Of a DNA stretch of 64,000 nucleotides, positions 38,267-46,800 are shown piece after piece. Position 1 is the stretch's first letter. Every line of letters begins with the position of its first letter. Under the pieces are notes generated by a model that saw nothing but the letters and a program-made list of their open reading frames with translations, was not told the DNA's origin and did no database searches. Made by a program: the position numbers and the translations under genes. Source of the DNA: Patescibacteria group bacterium UBA4787 (GTDB lineage Bacteria; Patescibacteriota; Patescibacteriia; UBA2591; UBA4787); contig DHGX01000004.1 in the NCBI GenBank assembly GCA_002402995.1, forward strand, positions 155,670-219,669, in the 5' to 3' direction.

Positions 38267-38908
38267 TCATTTCTTTCTCCACAAAAGAACATGATCGATT
38301 AATCCGTAATTGACCGCTTCATCGGATGTTAAATAGAAATCGACGAATAAATCCCGACGCAGCTCTTCAACGCTCTTGTCAGTATTGTCGCTCAAAAGAT
38401 TGAACCCGCGATTTTCCAAGCCTACCAAAATATAAAAGGCTTGTCGGAGATCTTCGCTTCGCCAAACATCGCCGCTAGTCCACAAAGCTGGGCGATGAAT
38501 CATAATAATAGCTAACGGCATAGCGAATCTGTAGCCCACACTACCACTAGAGAGTATGAAAGCCGCCCCGGAACAAGCTTCGCCGAGAACTACGGTTTTC
38601 ACCGGCTTCTGACATCGCTTTATACGATCGCAAATAGCAAAACTCCCGATAGCCGATCCGCCGGGCGAATTGATTAAAATATCGATTCGCTTCACGGTCA
38701 TATCCCGATCCAACACTTCGAGTTTAGACAAAATCTGCTCGGCGCTTGCATTCGTAATCTCGCCAAAGATCAAAATGGTGTTCGAAATAAACGGTAATTC
38801 ATTTTTTATCTTATAGCGATCGATGCTATGAGTTACGAAAACCGCTAAAGCGACAACCAGTAAAACCACGACCAGCACGGAAAACTTGTGACCAGTCGAC
38901 CGATCCAT
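38267..38908 (-). CDS. ClpP-family protease with an N-terminal TM anchor
   Basis: INSPGG, GEACSGAAFIL (Ser), MIHRP (His), DFYL...EAVNYGLID; hydrophobic residues 10-26. Confidence 0.85.
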   Translation of the reverse strand: MDRSTGHKFSVLVVVLLVVALAVFVTHSIDRYKIKNELPFISNTILIFGEITNASAEQILSKLEVLDRDMTVKRIDILINSPGGSAIGSFAICDRIKRCQKPVKTVVLGEACSGAAFILSSGSVGYRFAMPLAIIMIHRPALWTSGDVWRSEDLRQAFYILVGLENRGFNLLSDNTDKSVEELRRDLFVDFYLTSDEAVNYGLIDHVLLWRKK

Positions 38909-39054
38909 GACAAATCCCTCCTTTCTTTTTAAAGAACTGAATTATCTAATTGATTTATTACCTTTTATTCTAATAAACCCGTAAAATTTAACAAGTGAAG
39001 AACTTCTGATTGTTAGATGGCTATTGTTATTTAGGTTAATTAGGTTAAAATATT

Positions 39055-39159
39055 TATAATTGGTGAGCGGAGGAACAGATAAAAAGAATTTTTATCTGAT
39101 TCCGGACTTGCCCCGTCCGGTGGCGGGGGTGAGCCAATCTCACAAGCGAAGCGAGTATA
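39055..39159 (+). repeat. Family A TATA-bounded repeat with an inserted CTTGCCCCG hairpin (39107-39128)
   Basis: Near-identical to 58718-58818 and, without the insert, to the reverse copy at 56429-56512. Confidence 0.85.
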
Positions 39160-39184
39160 ATAAGCCCATATTCAATAGAAACAT

Positions 39185-39994
39185 ATGATCATCGACGGAA
39201 AAAAAATAGCCCAAAAAATAAAAAATCAAATTAGGCGACAACTGAAAAACAAAAGAGCGCGACCTGGTTTGGCTGTGATTTTAATTGGCGATAATCACGC
39301 TTCTTTGAGCTATATTAAACAAAAAAAAATAGCCGCTAAATATTGTTTTATTAATTTTAAACTATTCCATTTTAATAATACTGCTCCCGAAAGATTAATC
39401 CTTAAAACAATCGCTAATCTCAACAAAAATAAAAAAATAAACGGCATTATTGTCCAATTGCCTTTGCCCAAAAGATTTAATACTCAAAAAATTATTGACG
39501 CCATTGATCCCGAAAAAGACGTTGACGGTTTTCGGTTGAAAAGCCAATTTTCTTCTCCAACCCATCAAGCTATTATTAAAGCCGTAAAATCAACCTGCGA
39601 AAATTTAAACAATAAAATAATCGCCCTTGTAGGCAAAAAATCGATTTTCACGATAGGATTAGAGAAAAGATTAATAAAATTGTTTCCAAAAAGTAAAATT
39701 AAGTCTTATTTTTTCAAATATGATCCGTTGGTAAAAATTAAAAAAGGAACAAAAATAGCCGATGCTGTTATTGTCGCCTTAGGTAAAGCCGAATGGCTTA
39801 AATCTAATATGATCAAAAAGGGTGTAATTATTATTGACGTAGGTTTTAATAAAAAAAACACCACTATAATCGGTGATGTTTCCAAAAATATTTATCCGAA
39901 AACCAAATATTATACACCCGTGCCTGGCGGTATCGGTCCCATGACTGTCGCCTATCTTATAAACAACGTATTGAAATCTTTTAAACGCAGCTAA
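39185..39994 (+). CDS. folD: Bifunctional methylenetetrahydrofolate dehydrogenase/cyclohydrolase
   Basis: IIDGKKIA, PGLAVILIG, GIIVQLPLP, EKDVDG, TPVPGGIGPMTVA. Confidence 0.93.
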   Translation: MIIDGKKIAQKIKNQIRRQLKNKRARPGLAVILIGDNHASLSYIKQKKIAAKYCFINFKLFHFNNTAPERLILKTIANLNKNKKINGIIVQLPLPKRFNTQKIIDAIDPEKDVDGFRLKSQFSSPTHQAIIKAVKSTCENLNNKIIALVGKKSIFTIGLEKRLIKLFPKSKIKSYFFKYDPLVKIKKGTKIADAVIVALGKAEWLKSNMIKKGVIIIDVGFNKKNTTIIGDVSKNIYPKTKYYTPVPGGIGPMTVAYLINNVLKSFKRS

Positions 39995-40962
39995 GTCTCG
40001 AAGAATCTTTCAATTTCTTCCATATTCTGGTTTGCTATTTGGTAGCCCAAATTAATAGCGTCCTCGATAGCTTGATGGGAAAAATCAAGAACCTTGTTTG
40101 TTTCCCGCGTAGGCTCAATAATTAAAATTTGTGTGTTTTTAAACGGATAATAGACTTGTTCCCATATCTTTTTTAATTCCGCGTGTCTTGGCATTAAATT
40201 ATTAACCTGCTCTTCAATCTTCTTAATCAGAAAATATTTTTCTAAATCTTTATTGGTTGTATTATAATTAAGCAGTTCAATGACACGATTTACAAGATCG
40301 TCGGTCGATTTTATGATTCTCGTATTTTCGTGTTCGGGGCGATTAACCCAACCCTCTAGCCTTAACGGTTCGTTAACAATAACCAAAATCTTTTTATAAC
40401 CATTCTTCATAACTGGATAAAGAGGTAAATTATATCGCAAACTACCGTCTCCTAGTTTGCCTAAGTGCGTTTCTGGTAAAGAAAAAACACCTGGAATCGC
40501 CGACGTCGCCAAAAGACACTCAATTAAGTCGTCACGATTTTTGAAATTATCAAAAATAATTGTTTCATTATTTTCTAATCTAATTGCAGTGATAAAAAGC
40601 TGGCCATTAATTTGCTGTAAGGTTTTAAAAACTTCGTCATTAACCTCTCGCTGAAATAATTTTTTTAACTGATCTGTGGAATAAAGCGAACCATCTTTAA
40701 TCGGCGAAATGCCGTTGAACAATAGAATGTCGCTGCGCTTCAAGTTAAGCCAAATACTCAAAAGACGATTAATATTCTTGGTGACAGCCATAACACTGTT
40801 AATTCCTCCGACCGAAGTGCCGGAAGCAGCCACAAACCATTTATCTTGAGGATAAAATACGTCGTAAATTGCTTTCAAAACTCCTACGCCAAAAGCCCCC
40901 TTCGCTCCTCCGCCCTCCCAAGCCAAAGCTACGCCGTTTTTGTTATACTGACAATCGTTCAT
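39991..40962 (-). CDS. Patatin-like phospholipase
   Basis: GGGAKG, GTSVG, SAIP, DGS; start moved to ATG 40962 to avoid overlap with the next gene. Confidence 0.88.
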   Translation of the reverse strand: MNDCQYNKNGVALAWEGGGAKGAFGVGVLKAIYDVFYPQDKWFVAASGTSVGGINSVMAVTKNINRLLSIWLNLKRSDILLFNGISPIKDGSLYSTDQLKKLFQREVNDEVFKTLQQINGQLFITAIRLENNETIIFDNFKNRDDLIECLLATSAIPGVFSLPETHLGKLGDGSLRYNLPLYPVMKNGYKKILVIVNEPLRLEGWVNRPEHENTRIIKSTDDLVNRVIELLNYNTTNKDLEKYFLIKKIEEQVNNLMPRHAELKKIWEQVYYPFKNTQILIIEPTRETNKVLDFSHQAIEDAINLGYQIANQNMEEIERFFET

Positions 40963-40984
40963 ATTAACTATTATTATGTCACAT

Positions 40985-41461
40985 TTAACGCATCCTGCTA
41001 AGATGATAGATGGCGATGCCGCTAGCCACCGATACATTGAGCGATTCCTTTTCGCCATTCATCGGAATTTCTAAAATCGCGTCTGATTGTTTTAATAAAC
41101 TCTTAGCCACCCCCAATTTTTCATTGCCAACGACCAAAACCAACGGAAATTTTGGCTTATAATTAAAAAGAGTCTTACTTTTTTGATTTTTTTCTAAGCT
41201 GACTATGCTAAATCTTTGTTTTTTAAGAATTTCAATCAAACGCCAAGCCTGATTATGATATTCCCATGGTATATTTTTTTCTGCGCCTAGCGCCACCTTA
41301 GAAATTTTTTCATTATGTTTTTGCGGCGTGCCGGTAATACCACAAAGATAAATTTTATCTACGCCAGCGCCATCAGCTGTCCGAAAAATTGAGCCGACGT
41401 TAAATAAGCTGCGAATATTGTCGCAAACTACATAAAACCTTTTATCAATAAATTCAGGCAT
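40985..41461 (-). CDS. SpoU/TrmH-family RNA methyltransferase
   Basis: DNIRSLFNVGSIFRTAD, VGNEKLG, IPMNGEKESLNVSVA. Confidence 0.92.
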   Translation of the reverse strand: MPEFIDKRFYVVCDNIRSLFNVGSIFRTADGAGVDKIYLCGITGTPQKHNEKISKVALGAEKNIPWEYHNQAWRLIEILKKQRFSIVSLEKNQKSKTLFNYKPKFPLVLVVGNEKLGVAKSLLKQSDAILEIPMNGEKESLNVSVASGIAIYHLSRMR

Positions 41462-41487
41462 AAAGAAACTTAATAATTGGTTTGCGG

Positions 41488-42450
41488 TTAATCCAAGATA
41501 TGGTTGATTATTTTTTGGGCGTAGTTTTTCAAATAAATAAAATTTAACACTTCTGCATTCCCTATTTTTTCTTTTTTGACATAAGAAGTAATCTTGAATA
41601 ATATCTCTGACAGATCTTTTTGATTGTGTCGACCCAAAATAATAGTCGTCGGTCCTGGCACATCTTTCGGGTCTATTAAGGCCATGGATTGTGTAAAATT
41701 TTTATGTAGTAATTTATTATCCATAGCGTTTCGGCCAATCACTAAAATATTATCTTTAAATTTAAAAACGCGACCAGCTTTTAGTAAATTAATTTCTTTT
41801 TGGCCAATCTTTTCCTGAAAATCTAAAAGTAATTTTAATTTTTGACCGTATTCTTTATTGGTCAACAAGCATCCGCCGGCCGGTGTTGGGAAATTCTTAA
41901 TGCCATATTTTTCGGCTAAAGTAAATTGTCTTGCTCGCGAACGCCCTGAAATTCCTTCTAGCTTTGCTCGGTTGATCAAGCCGCTTTTTTCTAGTTCGCT
42001 GGCTCCTAATAAACGAGCGGAGAGTGGACGAATTAATAGGCCTTTCAATCCTGCTTCTTTTTCAATTAAATCTAAAGCCTGCCGATTTTGCGACATCGGC
42101 CTTTCTCCCAAGACTTCACCTGTTGCCACTCCGTCAAATTTCTCCTTACGCATAATTTGCGCTGCCTTTTTAAGCATTAAAAGATGGCAATCAATGCAGG
42201 GATTTAAAGCGTTGCCGTAACCATATCGCGGATTTTTAACAATATTCAATTGGCTTTTAGAAATATCTTTTTCTCGAAATTTTAGTTTCAAAGATGTAGC
42301 CATCTTCTTAGCTATTTGGCTGGAAAAAAAATAACTTTTAAAAAACAGAGCGACTATTTGAACGCCCTGTTCTTCCAATAATTTAGCCGCTAGGATGGAA
42401 TCCAAGCCTCCGGAAAAAAGCAATAAAATTCTCGGTTGATGGAATCTCAT
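41488..42450 (-). CDS. PP-loop tRNA thiouridylase-like protein (ThiI/MnmA/TtuA-related)
   Basis: SGGLDS PP-loop, NPCIDC, TGEVLGERPMSQ, PAGGCLLT, IGRN..DN. Confidence 0.8.
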   Translation of the reverse strand: MRFHQPRILLLFSGGLDSILAAKLLEEQGVQIVALFFKSYFFSSQIAKKMATSLKLKFREKDISKSQLNIVKNPRYGYGNALNPCIDCHLLMLKKAAQIMRKEKFDGVATGEVLGERPMSQNRQALDLIEKEAGLKGLLIRPLSARLLGASELEKSGLINRAKLEGISGRSRARQFTLAEKYGIKNFPTPAGGCLLTNKEYGQKLKLLLDFQEKIGQKEINLLKAGRVFKFKDNILVIGRNAMDNKLLHKNFTQSMALIDPKDVPGPTTIILGRHNQKDLSEILFKITSYVKKEKIGNAEVLNFIYLKNYAQKIINHILD

Positions 42451-42689
42451 TAGATATTTAAATATTTACTCGTGAATATCCACAAAATCAGACCCCAAAC
42501 TAAAGACAAAATAAAAATTAATCGCCCGTCTTTCTCCATACCCGGTTCATTCTTAATAACCAAACCGAAGATTAAACCGCCAAAAATCGGATTAATAATT
42601 GCCAATAGATATCCCAAATTAATCAATTTTTTTGTAGAAATCAAAACCTTGTCTACCTTGTCTGGGACTTCGTTTACTCCTCGAACCAT
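42450..42689 (-). CDS. Small membrane protein
   Basis: Two hydrophobic segments; abuts the next gene as in an operon. Confidence 0.6.
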   Translation of the reverse strand: MVRGVNEVPDKVDKVLISTKKLINLGYLLAIINPIFGGLIFGLVIKNEPGMEKDGRLIFILSLVWGLILWIFTSKYLNI

Positions 42690-42698
42690 ATTTATTTT

Positions 42699-42950
42699 TT
42701 ATGATAAAAGATAAACTTCGTCTCCTGGCTCTACTGTTTGATCAACTTTAAAACCGACTTGCATTCCAACGCCGGCTTCTTCTACTTGATTGTGTTCAAC
42801 TTGCATAGACAAAACAATTTGATCAAAATCTGTCGTTACTCCCTTAATTTTAACATTGTCTCCGGCCATAATTTTATTGGAAACATCCAAAACCGCCACC
42901 ATTATCTTTGGGAAATAACGAATGATCTTCCCTACTAATTTTTGTTCCAT
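42699..42950 (-). CDS. Small translation-factor-like beta-barrel protein
   Basis: VGKIIRYFPKIMVA...GDNVKIKG...SMQVEH..VEEA...VGFKV...GDEVY. Confidence 0.75.
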   Translation of the reverse strand: MEQKLVGKIIRYFPKIMVAVLDVSNKIMAGDNVKIKGVTTDFDQIVLSMQVEHNQVEEAGVGMQVGFKVDQTVEPGDEVYLLS

Positions 42951-42982
42951 AGTATTAAATCTATATTAATTAAATTAAACAT

Positions 42983-43092
42983 TATTATCAAGCGAGCGAG
43001 CGAAATGAGAAACGAAGTTTTTTATTTCCGACCTGTCTCGCCGACGCGAGTCAAGGCGGGGCGAGCGCGGACAACACGGGGTTAAATACCCC
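42983..43092 (+). repeat. Family B structured repeat with a 29-bp inserted hairpin (43032-43060)
   Basis: Near-identical to 8490-8600; ends CACGGGGTTAAATACCCC next to the ftsE stop. Confidence 0.85.
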
Positions 43093-43773
43093 TTAAATAA
43101 CATATCTACCTCGAGGTTGATCGCCGATAATCATTCCGTGGTCTAAAGTAATCACTCTTTTCTTTAATATATTAACAATTTCTCGGTTATGAGTGACCAA
43201 TAAAACTGTCGTGCCGAATTCATTAATTTTCTCCAATAGTTCAATAATATCGCGCGCGTTGATCGAATCGAGATTGCCAGTCGGTTCGTCGGCGATTAAA
43301 ATCTTAGGCTTATGAACCAAAGAACGCGCAATAACTATTCGTTGCTGTTCGCCGGCTGAAAGTTGAGACGGCCAATGATTGGTTTTATTCTCTAGTCCAA
43401 CAATTTTTAGCAGTTGCGGCACCGCTGATTTTATTTTTTTGGAAGATGCGCCAACCACCTCAAGAGCAAAGGCGATATTTTCATATACTGTCTTTTTTGG
43501 TAATAATTTAAAGTCCTGGAAAACAACGCCGATCTGACGGCGCAAAGCCGGCACTTCGTTAGGCCGAATATCGGATATATCCCAATCGCCGATAATTACT
43601 CGGCCATTTGTTATTTTTTCTTCGCCGATTAATATTTTAATTATCGTGCTTTTGCCCGCGCCAGAACGACCGATAATAGAAACGAATTCGCCCGGTCTAA
43701 TATAAAAATTTATATTGCGCAGAGCATATGTTGATGGCGAATAAAATTTTGTGACATTTACAATTTTAATCAT
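43093..43773 (-). CDS. ftsE: Cell division ATP-binding protein FtsE
   Basis: GRSGAGKST, LRRQIGVVFQDFKLL, LSAGEQQR, ADEPTGNLD. Confidence 0.92.
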   Translation of the reverse strand: MIKIVNVTKFYSPSTYALRNINFYIRPGEFVSIIGRSGAGKSTIIKILIGEEKITNGRVIIGDWDISDIRPNEVPALRRQIGVVFQDFKLLPKKTVYENIAFALEVVGASSKKIKSAVPQLLKIVGLENKTNHWPSQLSAGEQQRIVIARSLVHKPKILIADEPTGNLDSINARDIIELLEKINEFGTTVLLVTHNREIVNILKKRVITLDHGMIIGDQPRGRYVI

Positions 43774-43797
43774 AATTTCGCTTAGAATAAGATAGAA

Positions 43798-43870
43798 AGC
43801 CAGCGGTCGGAATCGAACCGACGACCTTCGCTTTACGAAAGCGCTGCTCTACCAACTGAGCTACGCTGGC
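43798..43870 (-). tRNA. tRNA-Thr(CGT)
   Basis: GCCAGCG acceptor, anticodon loop TTCGTAA, T arm GTCGG-TTCGATT-CCGAC. Confidence 0.93.
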
Positions 43871-43880
43871 GCCCCTTAAA

Positions 43881-43951
43881 AGCGGGGTACGAGAATCGAA
43901 CTCGCATCTCGTCCTTGGGAAGGATGCATAATACCACTATACTAACCCCGC
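43881..43951 (-). tRNA. tRNA-Gly(CCC)
   Basis: GCGGGGT acceptor, anticodon loop TTCCCAA, T loop TTCGATT. Confidence 0.9.
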
Positions 43952-44003
43952 CTTATTGAAAGAAAATACTAACCTAATTATAGTATAATATTTTTTAGAA
44001 AAA

Positions 44004-45389
44004 TTAAAGCTTTTCTTTCTTCTCGTCCTTTTTATCCGGAACTACTATTAAGCTTTGCGGTTTGGGGGTTTCTTGTTTGACAACGAGAGTTTCTGCCAGA
44101 TTAGACTGGCCATCCTCTTGTTTGTCTGTCGCCTTGATTGTTTGTTTATTTAATTTTTGACTGGCCCTTTTGTCTGCTTTTTCTTTAAGAATTTTTTCTT
44201 TTTCTTTTTCTTCTGTTCTTTTACGACGATGTTCTACGGAAAGCCAATGCTTAGTGGTCTCCTCGATATCATCAAGCTGTTTTGAGAATTTAGTTTTCTG
44301 CCAAAACATCAATCGATCGACCAATAAAATTCCGCTCAGATGGTCTATCTCATGCTGAATAGCTCTTGCCAAAAAATGATCGGCTTTTATTTTAATTTTT
44401 TGTCCGTCTTCTAATTGATAATATTCTAATTCAATGGCCCTAAATCTGGAAATTTTTATATTTAGCCCCGGCAAGCTCAAACACCCCTCTTCCATTCTTT
44501 CGCGTTGCCAACTTGTTTTTAATATTTTAGGATTGATTAAAACCATTGGCCCGTCGCCAATATCTAAAACAATTAATTTTAACAAGATGCCAACTTGGTT
44601 AGCCGCCAGACCACAACCATTATTTTTATACATGGTATAAAGCATATTTTTTGCCAACTTGCGAATGTCGTCATTAATTTCCTTGATCAACTTTGCTTTA
44701 TCGCGCAATATCGGATCGCCATATTTTCTAACGACTAATTGTTCCGTCGGTTCATCGCTTAAGGATGGCTCACATAAAGGCAAAAAACTCTTGGTTGACT
44801 CTGCCATTTGATTTTTTTCAATTTGTTTAAGTGGCGGGTATAAATTCAAAAGCGCGGCCCCGGCCAAACCATATAGTACACCAATAACGATAAATAGATT
44901 GTAAAAATCGAAATAACTAGCAATCAAACCTCCCACCGCGGCCGCAAGCGCCTGGCCGACTTCAACTATCGTGGAATGAAAGGCAATTTGCGAGGCTTGC
45001 TTCCGAACATCCAAATGTTTCACAAAAATAGCATACCAAGTAGGGTATTGAATGGCCGCGCCAAAACCATAAATCACTTCAACAATATAAATCTGCCATG
45101 GATATCGACTAACCAAATAGCCCGCCGTAGCGATCACCGACAGAAAGGCGCCAAATAAAAACCATCTCAAATTTCGCCGATCGCTAGGTTCTGTATCAAG
45201 ATAATCAGCAATAAAAATTTGCGCGATAGCCTTAACCCCAAAGTAAATTGCTTCGGCCACGCCGATAACTAACAAGGTGCCGCCAATAATATTTTGGTTA
45301 ACGAAAATGGCGAAAATCGGCATTATTAAACCATAACCGAACCAATTGAAAAAATCCGCGAAGATAAGGGTTTTGACAATCTTGTTCAT
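44004..45389 (-). CDS. def: Half-MFS (6-TM) transporter domain fused to peptide deformylase
   Basis: Residues 1-185 MFS-like; then YGDPILR, GCGLAANQVG, EGCLS, QHEIDH; charged C-terminal tail. Confidence 0.85.
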   Translation of the reverse strand: MNKIVKTLIFADFFNWFGYGLIMPIFAIFVNQNIIGGTLLVIGVAEAIYFGVKAIAQIFIADYLDTEPSDRRNLRWFLFGAFLSVIATAGYLVSRYPWQIYIVEVIYGFGAAIQYPTWYAIFVKHLDVRKQASQIAFHSTIVEVGQALAAAVGGLIASYFDFYNLFIVIGVLYGLAGAALLNLYPPLKQIEKNQMAESTKSFLPLCEPSLSDEPTEQLVVRKYGDPILRDKAKLIKEINDDIRKLAKNMLYTMYKNNGCGLAANQVGILLKLIVLDIGDGPMVLINPKILKTSWQRERMEEGCLSLPGLNIKISRFRAIELEYYQLEDGQKIKIKADHFLARAIQHEIDHLSGILLVDRLMFWQKTKFSKQLDDIEETTKHWLSVEHRRKRTEEKEKEKILKEKADKRASQKLNKQTIKATDKQEDGQSNLAETLVVKQETPKPQSLIVVPDKKDEKKEKL

Positions 45390-45486
45390 ATAAATTATTA
45401 CTGATTCGTCTTATTTTAATCTATTTGCGGCTAATTGTCAAAAATCGCTGGAATATGCTAAAATAAAGTGTGTTAACCCCTATATT

Positions 45487-46080
45487 ATGAAAAAGAAAAT
45501 GTCTATAAAATTCATTGTATGGTTTTTGGTCTTAACGAGCCTTTTGTTTATTAACAATAAACAATCCTTAGGACAAAACCAAGCAACAAATAAAGAAATA
45601 AATATTTATTTTTTTTGGATGGACGATTGTCCTTATTGCGCCAAAGCAAAAGAATTCCTGCCAAAACTTGAAAGCAAATATCCCAATATCAAAATTAAGG
45701 CGTTTGAAATATCTTCCCATAATGATAATTTAAAAGTGATGCAAATTATGGAAGCGGCCTATGGCGCTACTTCCCGCGGTGTTCCCGAATTTTTTATCGG
45801 CGCGAAATATCATCAAGGATTTGAGAGTGAAAAAACCGACGGCCTAACGATCGAACAGATGATACAAAAGTGTCTTGCTAAAACTTGCCCCGACCCATCA
45901 GACGAAACGATTAATTATGTTAATAAATTAAATCAACAAAATAAATTCGCCGGCCCCTATCTGATAGGATTAATTTTATTGGTTATTTTGATAATTCTAA
46001 TCGGGATAATTTCGACTATCATAAAAAATAAAAAGAATAAACAGACTGATGATTCTGAAAAATTAGATCAAACCAAATAA
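45487..46080 (+). CDS. Membrane-anchored thioredoxin/glutaredoxin-like protein
   Basis: Signal peptide, CPYC, GVP, C-terminal TM. Confidence 0.85.
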   Translation: MKKKMSIKFIVWFLVLTSLLFINNKQSLGQNQATNKEINIYFFWMDDCPYCAKAKEFLPKLESKYPNIKIKAFEISSHNDNLKVMQIMEAAYGATSRGVPEFFIGAKYHQGFESEKTDGLTIEQMIQKCLAKTCPDPSDETINYVNKLNQQNKFAGPYLIGLILLVILIILIGIISTIIKNKKNKQTDDSEKLDQTK

Positions 46081-46109
46081 GAGGCATTAACCCCATATTT
46101 TATTATAGA

Positions 46110-46772
46110 CTAGGCTAACTTAAAATTATTTATTACCAAACCGAATTTATATCCTAAATATTCGGCTGCTTTTCGACAATAGACCATTCGCTCGGTAAAA
46201 ATTTCAAAATATTCTATAATGGGAATAATTTTTGTTTCTAATTTGATAGTCAAGGTAATGATCTTTTTTGTTTTATCGATTTTCAACTTGGTTTCCGTAA
46301 CAGCGAAATTAACACGATCATGAATATCATTATTTAAACATTTTATATTTTCTTTCCTAACCCTTGAACGATGAACGTCTGATTTATCCGCGATAACCAG
46401 AATAGAAGCTACGCTGCTGTTTAATTTCATTTCTTCTTTGTCGTGATTGGCGATCGCCTGGCAAATAATAGCCAGCTCTTCCGGCGTCATTCTATTCTGA
46501 AATATCTGGTGAAACAAAAGAGCGCCCCAATAATGATGCTGTAATCTGCCTAAAAAATTTCCCATATCATGACAGAAGCCGGCAATAGCCACCAATTCCT
46601 GCTCTTCTTTGGTCAAATCCATTTCTTTGGCGATATTTCTGGCTCGATCGCTAACTAAATTAATGTGACGAAAACCGTGCTCGTTATATTCCAGTGCCTT
46701 TAAGGTGCTCTCTGACTGGTTAATAAATTCTAGAACTTGTGGGTTATTTTTTATTTCAGAAAATGCAATCAT
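46110..46772 (-). CDS. HD-domain phosphohydrolase
   Basis: EHGFRH, CHDMGN, ANHD, ADKSD, DIHDRVN; start moved to ATG 46772 because the ORF-track extension runs through tRNA sequence. Confidence 0.88.
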   Translation of the reverse strand: MIAFSEIKNNPQVLEFINQSESTLKALEYNEHGFRHINLVSDRARNIAKEMDLTKEEQELVAIAGFCHDMGNFLGRLQHHYWGALLFHQIFQNRMTPEELAIICQAIANHDKEEMKLNSSVASILVIADKSDVHRSRVRKENIKCLNNDIHDRVNFAVTETKLKIDKTKKIITLTIKLETKIIPIIEYFEIFTERMVYCRKAAEYLGYKFGLVINNFKLA

Positions 46773-46800
46773 ATATTTTAAATAAGTTATTAATAATATT

